Source: a virus
Taxonomy: Duplodnaviria > Heunggongvirae > Uroviricota > Caudoviricetes
Strand: one strand, 5' to 3'
Length of the DNA: 9,310 nt
IMG/VR virus record: IMGVR_UViG_2663762948_000005
Both the position numbers and the translations under genes were made by a program. Position 1 is the stretch's first letter, and each line of letters opens with the position of its first letter. Under the pieces are notes generated by a model, which did no database searches, was not told the DNA's origin, and worked only from the letters and a program-made list of their open reading frames with translations. Shown piece after piece: positions 1 to 6,524 of the stretch.

Positions 1-423
1 TCACTTCAATAAATACCGAACATCCCCCTGATAAAACGACAATATGCGCTGCATAACTTCGCTCTTCCGGCACTCGCGACAGATTATGTTTAGGCGACTG
101 TCGTAGCGACGTATTTCTCCGTCAGGTAATGACCAGATAAGGTCCGGATCAACCACAACCGGTTTCTTCAGCTTTGCCCTCGATAATTTTTTGCGGGCAT
201 TTTGCCAGTCTTTACGAGCCTGTTCAGACGGGAATAACCCGTAGCCAGAATTGTATACATCGCCACTGGCAACCAGCTCTCTGGCCAGAACGCTCATCAG
301 ATATCTTGTTGCCCCAGTTTTAGCTTCCAGTTGTCGTAACGTCTCGCGCCCACTCTGGCGTACGAGTTCAAGAACCTGCCCTTTAATTTTTTCCCGCTCT
401 TCTTGTGTAAAAACTTTTGCCAC
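1..423 (-). CDS. hypothetical protein, 140 aa, immediately downstream of the replication-initiator-like gene
   Basis: Complete ORF on the minus strand with stop at 1-3. GTG start at 421-423 is preceded by AGGAGG (complement of 428-433), a 4-nt spacer. No recognisable Walker motif, so it is not the DnaC-like YdaV expected at this position in K-12 Rac. Function unknown. Confidence 0.55.
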   Translation of the reverse strand: MAKVFTQEEREKIKGQVLELVRQSGRETLRQLEAKTGATRYLMSVLARELVASGDVYNSGYGLFPSEQARKDWQNARKKLSRAKLKKPVVVDPDLIWSLPDGEIRRYDSRLNIICRECRKSEVMQRILSFYQGDVRYLLK

Positions 424-463
424 AAGCCCTCCTGAAAATTACCTCATGACCAGAAATTAACAC

Positions 464-1534
464 TTACCCCCTGAAGCCCGGCGGAATTTCGTTATCCGGT
501 TCAGAAATATGATTCACACAACGCTGGTTGTTCGTGCCGCTTACCGGGAGCAACCAGGGGTTCTCAAAATTCCGGTCCGGTCCAAAAAACGTCGTCGCTC
601 GCTGAACAAATTCCGTTCCCGTTTTCCCGGTAGCCGCCAAGTATCTTGCGTAACGCCTCACGCCATCCAGCATGGCCTCTGGTGGCACCCCCTCGCGTAA
701 TCTGGCCTTCCAGGCACTGAAAGCGGATTTCTTCGGGTTTGCCCCAGCACGCAACGGGTACTCCCGCCAGACCTGTTCGAACACATCCGGATAATCCACT
801 CGTCCCACAGACTGCCCGGTGTTTTCCGGGACTACCCGATCGGCTTCCCGCTGAATGGCGGAATCGGCTTCAGGCTGCTGCAGTTGGTGTGATTGCTCCG
901 CCCTTGCGGTCATCACCTGCTGCACAGCGCCCGAATCGGCTTTCAGCGCATACGCTGAATCGGCTTCCGGTGTCGTGCCTGCTGGCTGACCAAGATTGAC
1001 GGTCTGAACATCCCCTGCCTGGTTCGTGGCGTTTTTTATGCCATGGACCATAGTGTTTTGATCTTCTTGATCTGTATCTTTATCTGTATCTTTATCTGTC
1101 GTGACTCGTCGTGACATGTGCGTGACATTTCGTGACGCGCCGTGACAATCGCCATTTTGTTCCCGCTTTCTTTCCCTCTCTCGCTGCGCCCTCTTGCGCT
1201 CTGCAGGAGATTTTGCGGTTTGCGAAATATTGCCGTTGTCCTCTTTAAGCACCTGGCGTTTTTCCCATCCAGTGATTAAATCACCATCAAGTACCCGCCC
1301 CTGCATCGTCTGCAAAATTGAATCAATTACCTCTTCTGTCACGTCGAGCGCACTTGCCAAATCTTCTGTCGTGACATCAATGTGACCTCGCGTGACATTT
1401 CGTGACGCGCTCACCAGGAGGTGGATATACACTGCCATCACTGTTGCAATTGGCTGTCCTGACACCCTGGCAATTGTTCGCCACTTAGGGTCATTTGGCA
1501 TGTCATGCCATAATCTGAGCCAGGCGTTAGCCAT
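464..1534 (-). CDS. putative phage replication initiation protein (lambda O analogue, YdaU position), about 356 aa
   Basis: Long minus-strand ORF; the track starts it at GTG 1540, but ATG at 1532-1534 with GAGGTGA just upstream is the more likely start. It has an N-terminal domain, a charged low-complexity linker (ERKRAQRERERKREQ...DKDTDKDTDQEDQ) and a conserved-looking C-terminal domain. It sits downstream of ydaS/ydaT-like genes as in K-12 Rac. Family assignment is from memory and uncertain. Confidence 0.65.
   Translation of the reverse strand: MANAWLRLWHDMPNDPKWRTIARVSGQPIATVMAVYIHLLVSASRNVTRGHIDVTTEDLASALDVTEEVIDSILQTMQGRVLDGDLITGWEKRQVLKEDNGNISQTAKSPAERKRAQRERERKREQNGDCHGASRNVTHMSRRVTTDKDTDKDTDQEDQNTMVHGIKNATNQAGDVQTVNLGQPAGTTPEADSAYALKADSGAVQQVMTARAEQSHQLQQPEADSAIQREADRVVPENTGQSVGRVDYPDVFEQVWREYPLRAGANPKKSAFSAWKARLREGVPPEAMLDGVRRYARYLAATGKTGTEFVQRATTFFGPDRNFENPWLLPVSGTNNQRCVNHISEPDNEIPPGFRG
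1061..1146. repeat. iteron-like array A: two 12-bp tandem units (ATCTGTATCTTT) followed by five CGTGAC hexamers spaced 10-11 bp
   Basis: Read directly: CGTGAC at 1100-1105, 1110-1115, 1121-1126, 1131-1136 and 1141-1146, preceded by atctgtatcttt at 1070-1081 and 1082-1093. Lies inside the initiator gene's linker-coding region. Confidence 0.7.
1361..1410. repeat. iteron-like array B: four (C)GTGAC hexamers spaced 10-11 bp; shares an exact 20-bp repeat with array A
   Basis: Hexamers at 1370-1375, 1381-1386, 1391-1396 and 1401-1406. The 20-mer cgtgacatttcgtgacgcgc occurs at 1121-1140 and again at 1391-1410, 270 bp apart. Both arrays begin with atct(t)ctgtcgtgac. Confidence 0.7.
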
Positions 1535-1605
1535 ACTCACCTCTTTTGATACCGAATCTTTTTACTCACAAATTGCCGGAAGTGATCCGGTATGAATATT
1601 GCGAG

Positions 1606-2031
1606 TCAATGCACAGCCACAATATTTCCTGCAGGGCCACCACGATTCATCTGGTTGAAACCAGCGATCGCCACTGCGACAAAATCATCAGCGTCTCTCA
1701 CCAGTCGTTCCCGCGTCTCCACTAGTTCCCGAAAATAGGCTGAGCTATGGCTGCGCATTCGGGCCACCAGCAGAGGTGGCATTGCTTTTTCGATAGCTGG
1801 TAACAACGCCTGAATTTTTTCAACTGCATCAGGGGTGTCTTTCTCTACCCAGCGGAAAATTTTCTGGGTATTGCGAGCCAGGGCTTCCGGATGGCTGTCG
1901 TCATACAGTTCTGGGAACGTCATACCCAGTTCAAAATAAGCCCTGGTTATTTCAGCTGCCGGAACTTTTTCACCGTCCGGATGCGCCCAGGCATTCATCG
2001 CCATGCGGATGTGTTCATGCTTGATTTTCAT
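1606..2031 (-). CDS. ydaT: YdaT-like protein (proposed CII-like regulator, also described as a toxin), 141 aa
   Basis: ATG at 2029-2031 with AGGAG 8 nt upstream on the minus strand. N-terminus MKIKHEHI matches my recollection of Rac YdaT. Overlaps the upstream ydaS-like gene by 17 bp. Confidence 0.6.
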   Translation of the reverse strand: MKIKHEHIRMAMNAWAHPDGEKVPAAEITRAYFELGMTFPELYDDSHPEALARNTQKIFRWVEKDTPDAVEKIQALLPAIEKAMPPLLVARMRSHSSAYFRELVETRERLVRDADDFVAVAIAGFNQMNRGGPAGNIVAVH

Positions 2032-2296
2032 GAATCAAGCTCCTAGAAAGTGGTTGTGTTAACATTTTGGTATCTTCCAGCTCGGGCCAAATATTCATCC
2101 AATCAAAAGGCCTTAGTTGCTGACGTGTAACTTCACCATTACTGGCTCGCTCAATAAGGACACATAACGATGCCCCTAACACTTGACCTTTACTCAATGC
2201 CTTTCTTAGATAACCGATGCTGGTACCACACTCGCATGCAAACATACGCTGTTCATCTGACGAAAGAGAATTGAGAAATATTCTTAATTCTTCCAT
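2015..2296 (-). CDS. ydaS: YdaS-like Cro-type HTH protein, 93 aa
   Basis: ATG at 2294-2296 with AAGGAG 5 nt upstream on the minus strand. Divergent from the repressor gene across a 100-bp operator region. Contains an ...IERA..GEVTRQQLRP... motif typical of the YdaS/Cro-like family, from memory. Confidence 0.6.
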   Translation of the reverse strand: MEELRIFLNSLSSDEQRMFACECGTSIGYLRKALSKGQVLGASLCVLIERASNGEVTRQQLRPFDWMNIWPELEDTKMLTQPLSRSLIHENQA

Positions 2297-2321
2297 AGCT
2301 ACTCCTTAGTAAACACAGCAA

Positions 2322-2404
2322 AGAATACCCATAGGTAAACAAAAGTCAATACCCACAGGTTGTTTACCTTGCAGTAATCGCATCTATTATTTACCTATGG
2401 ACAA
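2322..2404. promoter_or_regulatory. divergent promoter/operator region between ydaS-like and racR-like genes with three TACC-N4-GGTA sites
   Basis: Sites TACCCATAGGTA 2326-2337, TACCCACAGGTT 2350-2361 and TACCTATGGACA 2392-2403. Putative leftward promoter on the minus strand: TTGACT (complement of 2344-2349), 16-bp spacer, TATTCT (complement of 2322-2327). Putative rightward -10 TATTAT at 2385-2390, 6 bp before the racR ATG. Confidence 0.5.
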
Positions 2405-2816
2405 ATATGAATTTAGACGACAGCAACTCATCAAAATTCGTGATGAGAAATGCGATGGTAAAGCGGTTAACGTGGCCAGAAAGATCGGGCGCGAGCCTTC
2501 TTATGTATCAAGAATGTTGTACCCAGAGGGGAAAAAGGGAAAAAAACGGATCGCTGATGATATGGTGGAGATTATCGAAGAGTCCTTTGGGTTACCCCGG
2601 GGATGGATGGATGGTATCGTTTCATCATCAACGAACACAGCCTCCAGTTATGAAACAAGGGTTCTAACGCCACGACAACGTATTTTTTTAGATCTCTTAG
2701 ACGAACTGCCAGAAAGTGAAGCGGATAACTTATTAAAAACTCTTGAAGAGAAAAAACAGTATTACAATATGATCTACGAAGAAATCCGTAAAAAGAAAGC
2801 ACAAAACGCATCATAG
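2397..2816 (+). CDS. racR: RacR-like CI-type prophage repressor, 139 aa
   Basis: ORF with N-terminal HTH-like segment (AVNVARKIGREPSYVSRML). Divergent from the ydaS/ydaT-like genes and flanked by palindromic operator-like sites. No Shine-Dalgarno before the ATG, so it is a candidate leaderless transcript. Identity with K-12 RacR is not verified. Confidence 0.65.
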   Translation: MDKYEFRRQQLIKIRDEKCDGKAVNVARKIGREPSYVSRMLYPEGKKGKKRIADDMVEIIEESFGLPRGWMDGIVSSSTNTASSYETRVLTPRQRIFLDLLDELPESEADNLLKTLEEKKQYYNMIYEEIRKKKAQNAS

Positions 2817-2858
2817 CTCACCAAACAACTAGTCACCAGTTAAGACACCGCAAAAAGT

Positions 2859-2895
2859 TACCCATGGGTATTTACTTTTTAAATACCTATGGGTA
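2859..2895. promoter_or_regulatory. pair of perfect 12-bp palindromic operator-like sites downstream of racR
   Basis: TACCCATGGGTA at 2859-2870 and TACCTATGGGTA at 2884-2895, separated by tttactttttaaa. Same motif family as the three sites upstream of racR. A possible rightward promoter (TTTACT 2871-2876, 17-bp spacer, TATCCT 2894-2899) overlaps them. Confidence 0.45.
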
Positions 2896-3070
2896 TCCTT
2901 CTTTTCATACCAACCCACCCCGCCCCACAGAATGCAGGGCAATACTTCGAGTTACCAGGCAGTGGTCAGGGGTTAAGTAGCCAGCCCGAGGCGTAAGAAC
3001 ATGACGGCGGGATTCAAATTTTGCAGTGCAGCAGTTAGTTCCGCCACCCGGCGTTAAGGGGAGAGATAAG

Positions 3071-3205
3071 ATGGTGCATTACGAAGTAGTTCAGTATTTG
3101 ATGGATTGTTGCGGTATCACTTACAACCAGGCTGTGCAGGCTTTACGCAGCAACGACTGGGATCTCTGGCAGGCAGAAGTCGCTATACGTAGCAACAAGA
3201 TGTGA
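3071..3205 (+). CDS. ydaG: small Rac prophage protein YdaG, 44 aa
   Basis: ATG at 3071 preceded by GGGGAGAG. Translation MVHYEVVQYLMDCCGITYNQAVQALRSNDWDLWQAEVAIRSNKM matches my recollection of K-12 YdaG. Too short for the ORF track. Confidence 0.55.
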   Translation: MVHYEVVQYLMDCCGITYNQAVQALRSNDWDLWQAEVAIRSNKM

Positions 3206-3215
3206 GATTCGCAAA

Positions 3216-3371
3216 ATGCAAAAAATCGACCTCGGCAACAACGAATCCCTGGTGTGCGGCGTGTTCCCCAACCAGGATGGAACGTTCACTGCCATGACGT
3301 ATACCAAAAGCAAAACATTTAAAACCGAAACTGGTGCGCGCCGATGGTTGGAGAAGCACACAGTAAGCTAA
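3216..3371 (+). CDS. ydaF: small Rac prophage protein YdaF, 51 aa
   Basis: ATG at 3216. Translation MQKIDLGNNESLVCGVFPNQDGTFTAMTYTKSKTFKTETGARRWLEKHTVS matches my recollection of K-12 YdaF. Weak RBS. Converges on sieB with a 4-bp overlap. Confidence 0.5.
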   Translation: MQKIDLGNNESLVCGVFPNQDGTFTAMTYTKSKTFKTETGARRWLEKHTVS

Positions 3372-3856
3372 CGATTAAAACGTCTACTCCTGCTGTTCCA
3401 GAATAACTTCATAAAATGGGAGTATTTTTCGGTGACGAGATAATAAGAACAGTTTGCGCTATCACTCTGATGTTGAATGATGCCCTTCCGTTCTAATTTT
3501 TTCATAACCGGGTTACGGCAAGGAGAAGTGATAATAAGATTTCCTGTTTTAAGGAAATCTTTAAATACAGCGATTTCTTTCTCAGATAAACGAAGCAATA
3601 CTCGTTGCTCTGGTAGTAATGAATAATGCTTTTGAATATGTGCTCGCAATCTTGAGAAGGAAATGGCGACCACGAAAGAAAAGGCAAAAACGATAATCTG
3701 AAAGAGCCAAGGTATTTCAGTATAAGCATTGAATGCGACAGTAAACTCTTTCGGTATCAGCCAGAGAGTGAGACCAAAAATGATAATCGTATACATAAGT
3801 CTTTCGAGTGGCTCGTTAGCAAAAAGTTTCAACAATGGAGTAAATACATCCAACAT
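3368..3856 (-). CDS. sieB: superinfection exclusion protein B, 162 aa, membrane protein
   Basis: The track ORF 3368..3979 has a 41-codon N-terminal over-extension. The likely start is ATG at 3854-3856 (MLDVFTPLLK...), with GAGAG upstream on the minus strand. Two hydrophobic segments are present. Sequence matches my recollection of K-12 Rac SieB. Confidence 0.75.
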   Translation of the reverse strand: MLDVFTPLLKLFANEPLERLMYTIIIFGLTLWLIPKEFTVAFNAYTEIPWLFQIIVFAFSFVVAISFSRLRAHIQKHYSLLPEQRVLLRLSEKEIAVFKDFLKTGNLIITSPCRNPVMKKLERKGIIQHQSDSANCSYYLVTEKYSHFMKLFWNSRSRRFNR

Positions 3857-4074
3857 ATCAATAACTCTCAACTGTAAGGGTATTGAAATGTTAACACAAG
3901 CTCTCGCTGTAGGGGTATAGCCGAGACCACCGAAGCCCGGAGGTGGTGAAATAAAACCGGGCACAACACGAAGGCGCATTTCCGATATCCATAAAGAGTC
4001 GGTCTTGTCTGTTAAATTTAAATGGTGGGAGTGCGCCTCCGGTTGTAAATAACGACATTGCTGTGTGTAGTCCT

Positions 4075-4123
4075 GGCGGCATCAGTTTTTTTCTTGAAGT
4101 TCGGCTGATGTCCGCCCTTTTTA
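4075..4123 (+). terminator. possible intrinsic terminator or structured element in the sieB-kilR intergenic region
   Basis: Inverted repeat ggcggcatcag (4075-4085) and ctgatg-t-ccgcc (4105-4116): 11 bp with one bulge and a 19-nt loop, followed by CTTTTTAAAG. The loop is atypically long, so this is tentative. Confidence 0.25.
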
Positions 4124-4297
4124 AAGTGAATTTTGTGATGCGGTTAATGCGGCTAAGCGCACGTGGCACAGTTAAAAGTCATGTCAGTCCTTATTGGTTT
4201 GGGTGGGAAAGCCGACTGTAATTGTTAACTGGTTGCAGTCACCTGGAGGCACCAGACACCGCATCAACAAAGTTCATTTGTAAAAATGGAGATAATT

Positions 4298-4519
4298 ATG
4301 ATTGCACATCACTTCGGAACTGATGAAATACCACGTCAGTGTGTGACTCCTGGCGATTATGTTCTTCATGAAGGCCGGACATATATTGCCTCGGCAAACA
4401 ATATTAAAAAGCGAAAACTATATATTCGTAACCTGACCACAAAAACATTCATTACTGACCGCATGATTAAAGTCTTCCTCGGTCGTGATGGTTTACCTGT
4501 AAAGGCGGAGTCATGGTGA
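4298..4519 (+). CDS. kilR: KilR, Rac prophage killing protein (cell division inhibitor), 73 aa
   Basis: ATG at 4298 with GGAG 7 nt upstream; the track start at 4286 is an over-extension. Translation [35 protein letters not shown]... matches my recollection of K-12 KilR. Confidence 0.75.
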
Positions 4520-4689
4520 TGACTAAGAAAATAAAATGTGCTTACCACCTTTGCAAAAAAGACGTTGAAGAAAGCAAAGCTATTGAAAGAATGCTTCACT
4601 TCATGCACGGGATTTTATCAAAAGACGAACCGAGAAAATATTGCAGTGAAGCTTGTGCCGAAAAAGACCAGATGGCACATGAACTTTAA
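4519..4689 (+). CDS. ydaE: YdaE, small Cys-rich Rac prophage protein, 56 aa
   Basis: ATG at 4519 overlaps the kilR stop (gtGATGa), with GGAG 8 nt upstream. Translation [56 protein letters not shown] has two Cys pairs (C..C and C...C), possibly zinc-binding. Below the ORF-track length cutoff. Confidence 0.6.
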   Translation: MTKKIKCAYHLCKKDVEESKAIERMLHFMHGILSKDEPRKYCSEACAEKDQMAHEL

Positions 4690-4763
4690 TTAATTGACTA
4701 TTCGAAACTGAATTTATGCCAGAAATGGCAGGTATTCGCTCAACCTTAATTAAGGAGAAAAAC

Positions 4764-5039
4764 ATGATTACCAATTATGAAGCCACTGTTGTAACTACCG
4801 ATGACATTGTTCACGAGGTGAATCTGGAAGGAAAGCGCATTGGCTACGTAATTAAAACAGAAAATAAAGAAACCCCATTCACTGTGGTTGATATCGATGG
4901 TCCATCAGGCAACGTAAAAACACTTGATGAAGGTGTCAAAAAAATGTGCCTGGTGCATATCGGAAAGAATCTGCCCGCAGAAAAAAAAGCCGAATTTCTG
5001 GCAACTCTAATTGCAATGAAATTAAAAGGTGAAATCTGA
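4764..5039 (+). CDS. racC: RacC, 91 aa
   Basis: ATG at 4764 with AAGGAG 6 nt upstream; the track start at 4716 is an over-extension. Translation MITNYEATVVTTDDIVHEVNLEGKRIGYVIKTENKETPF... matches my recollection of K-12 RacC. Confidence 0.75.
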   Translation: MITNYEATVVTTDDIVHEVNLEGKRIGYVIKTENKETPFTVVDIDGPSGNVKTLDEGVKKMCLVHIGKNLPAEKKAEFLATLIAMKLKGEI

Positions 5040-5044
5040 AAGAA

Positions 5045-5069
5045 ATAGCCTGCGTATGGCGCAGGCTAT
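5045..5069 (+). other. perfect 10-bp stem / 5-nt loop hairpin between racC and recE
   Basis: atagcctgcg (5045-5054), loop tatgg, cgcaggctat (5060-5069). No U-tract follows, so it is not a canonical intrinsic terminator. Confidence 0.5.
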
Positions 5070-5140
5070 GAACAGTGTGTATCCGGCAAGATCATTCACT
5101 GAACAAAACGAATTTTAATCTGAGTTGAGGTTAAAAAACA

Positions 5141-6524
5141 ATGAGCACAAAACCACTCTTCCTGTTACGGAAAGCGAAAAAATCATCCGGTGAACCTGAC
5201 GTCGTCCTGTGGGCAAGCAACGATTTTGAATCGACCTGTGCCACTCTGGACTACCTGATCGTTAAGTCAGGTAAAAAACTGAGCAGCTATTTTAAAGCTG
5301 TTGCCACGAATTTTCCTGTCGTTAATGACCTGCCCGCTGAAGGTGAGATCGATTTTACCTGGAGTGAACGCTATCAACTCAGCAAAGACTCCATGACATG
5401 GGAACTAAAACCGGGAGCAGCACCAGACAACGCTCACTATCAAGGCAATACCAACGTCAACGGCGAAGACATGACTGAGATTGAGGAGAATATGCTACTC
5501 CCAATTTCTGGCCAGGAACTGCCCATTCGTTGGCTTGCTCAACACGGCAGCGAAAAACCGGTAACGCACGTTTCACGCGACGGACTCCAGGCATTACACA
5601 TTGCTCGGGCTGAAGAACTACCGGCTGTTACTGCCCTGGCTGTTTCCCACAAAACCAGCCTGCTCGACCCGCTGGAAATTCGCGAACTCCACAATCGTAG
5701 AAGACATAGAGCCAGGTATTTATTACGGAATTTCGAATGAGAATTACCACGCGGGTCCCGGTATCAGTAAGTCTCAGCTCGATGACATTGCTGATACTCC
5801 GGCACTATATTTGTGGCGTAAAAATGCCCCCGTGGACACCACAAAGACAAAAACGCTCGATTTAGGAACTGCTTTCCACTGCCGGGTACTTGAACCGGAA
5901 GAATTCAGTAACCGCTTTATCGTAGCACCTGAATTTAACCGCCGTACAAACGCCGGAAAAGAAGAAGAGAAAGCGTTTCTGATGGAATGCGCAAGCACAG
6001 GAAAAACGGTTATCACTGCGGAAGAAGGCCGGAAAATTGAACTCATGTATCAAAGCGTTATGGCTTTGCCGCTGGGGCAATGGCTTGTTGAAAGCGCCGG
6101 ACACGCTGAATCATCAATTTACTGGGAAGATCCTGAAACAGGAATTTTGTGTCGGTGCCGTCCGGACAAAATTATCCCTGAATTTCACTGGATCATGGAC
6201 GTGAAAACTACGGCGGATATTCAACGATTCAAAACCGCTTATTACGACTACCGCTATCACGTTCAGGATGCATTCTACAGTGACGGTTATGAAGCACAGT
6301 TTGGAGTGCAGCCAACTTTCGTTTTTCTGGTTGCCAGCACAACTATTGAATGCGGACGTTATCCGGTTGAAATTTTCATGATGGGCGAAGAAGCAAAACT
6401 GGCAGGTCAACAGGAATATCACCGCAATCTGCGAACCCTGTCTGACTGCCTGAATACCGATGAATGGCCAGCTATTAAGACATTATCACTGCCCCGCTGG
6501 GCTAAGGAATATGCAAATGACTAA
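5141..6524 (+). pseudogene. recE: recE (exonuclease VIII) disrupted by an internal out-of-frame deletion; N-terminal 183 codons and the C-terminal exonuclease domain lie in different frames
   Basis: ORF 5141..5740 begins [30 protein letters not shown]... (RecE N-terminus as I recall it), stays RecE-like to ...[10 protein letters not shown] (ends 5692), then reads a 15-aa unrelated tail and stops. In another frame, from about 5694 ([23 protein letters not shown]...) to the stop at 6522-6524, the sequence is the RecE C-terminal nuclease domain and overlaps the recT start by 8 bp as expected. The total span is about 1.38 kb against about 2.6 kb for K-12 recE (866 aa, from memory). Confidence 0.7.

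Noticed and set aside
251-460. 69-aa plus-strand ORF
   Set aside because: Lies entirely antisense to the better-supported minus-strand gene at 1-423; no RBS and an odd composition.
1061-1410. Short direct repeats considered as a CRISPR array
   Set aside because: Repeat units are 6-12 bp with 10-11 bp phasing and no 25-40 bp repeat/spacer architecture; they are better explained as iterons.
509-1595. Plus-strand ORFs 509-700, 739-999, 1194-1385 and 1392-1595
   Set aside because: All are antisense to the long replication-initiator-like gene (464-1534); Arg/Pro-rich frame artefacts of a GC-rich coding strand.
2407-2814. ORFs 2407-2667 (plus, alternate frame) and 2572-2814 (minus) inside racR
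   Set aside because: Overlap the RacR-like CDS, which has the clear HTH and operator context; no independent support.
2864-2980. 38-codon ORF starting at the ATG inside the palindrome TACCCATGGGTA
   Set aside because: The ATG is part of the operator palindrome (CCATGG); no RBS and a Pro-rich low-complexity product.
3143-3361. 72-aa minus-strand ORF
   Set aside because: Antisense to ydaG/ydaF, whose translations match known small Rac proteins.
3502-3920. ORFs 3502-3729 (minus, alternate frame) and 3729-3920 (plus) within sieB
   Set aside because: Overlap the sieB coding region; sieB has the convincing membrane-protein sequence.
3857-3979. N-terminal extension of the sieB ORF (203 aa in the track)
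   Set aside because: The extension is Pro/Gly-rich with no RBS; the internal ATG at 3854-3856 gives the expected 162-aa product.
3891-4169. 92-aa minus-strand ORF in the sieB-kilR intergenic region
   Set aside because: Basic low-complexity product with no RBS, spanning the putative hairpin; probably a promoter region rather than a gene.
4366-4608. 80-aa minus-strand ORF
   Set aside because: Antisense to kilR and ydaE.
5601-5693. TTG-initiated N-terminal 31 codons of the 307-aa ORF as a genuine start for the RecE nuclease domain
   Set aside because: This segment is the out-of-frame read of the recE N-terminal coding region, with TTG and no Shine-Dalgarno; treated as frame run-on, with the caveat recorded in the findings.
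5774-6422. Minus-strand ORFs 5774-6046, 5862-6104 and 6114-6422
   Set aside because: Antisense to the RecE C-terminal domain coding sequence.
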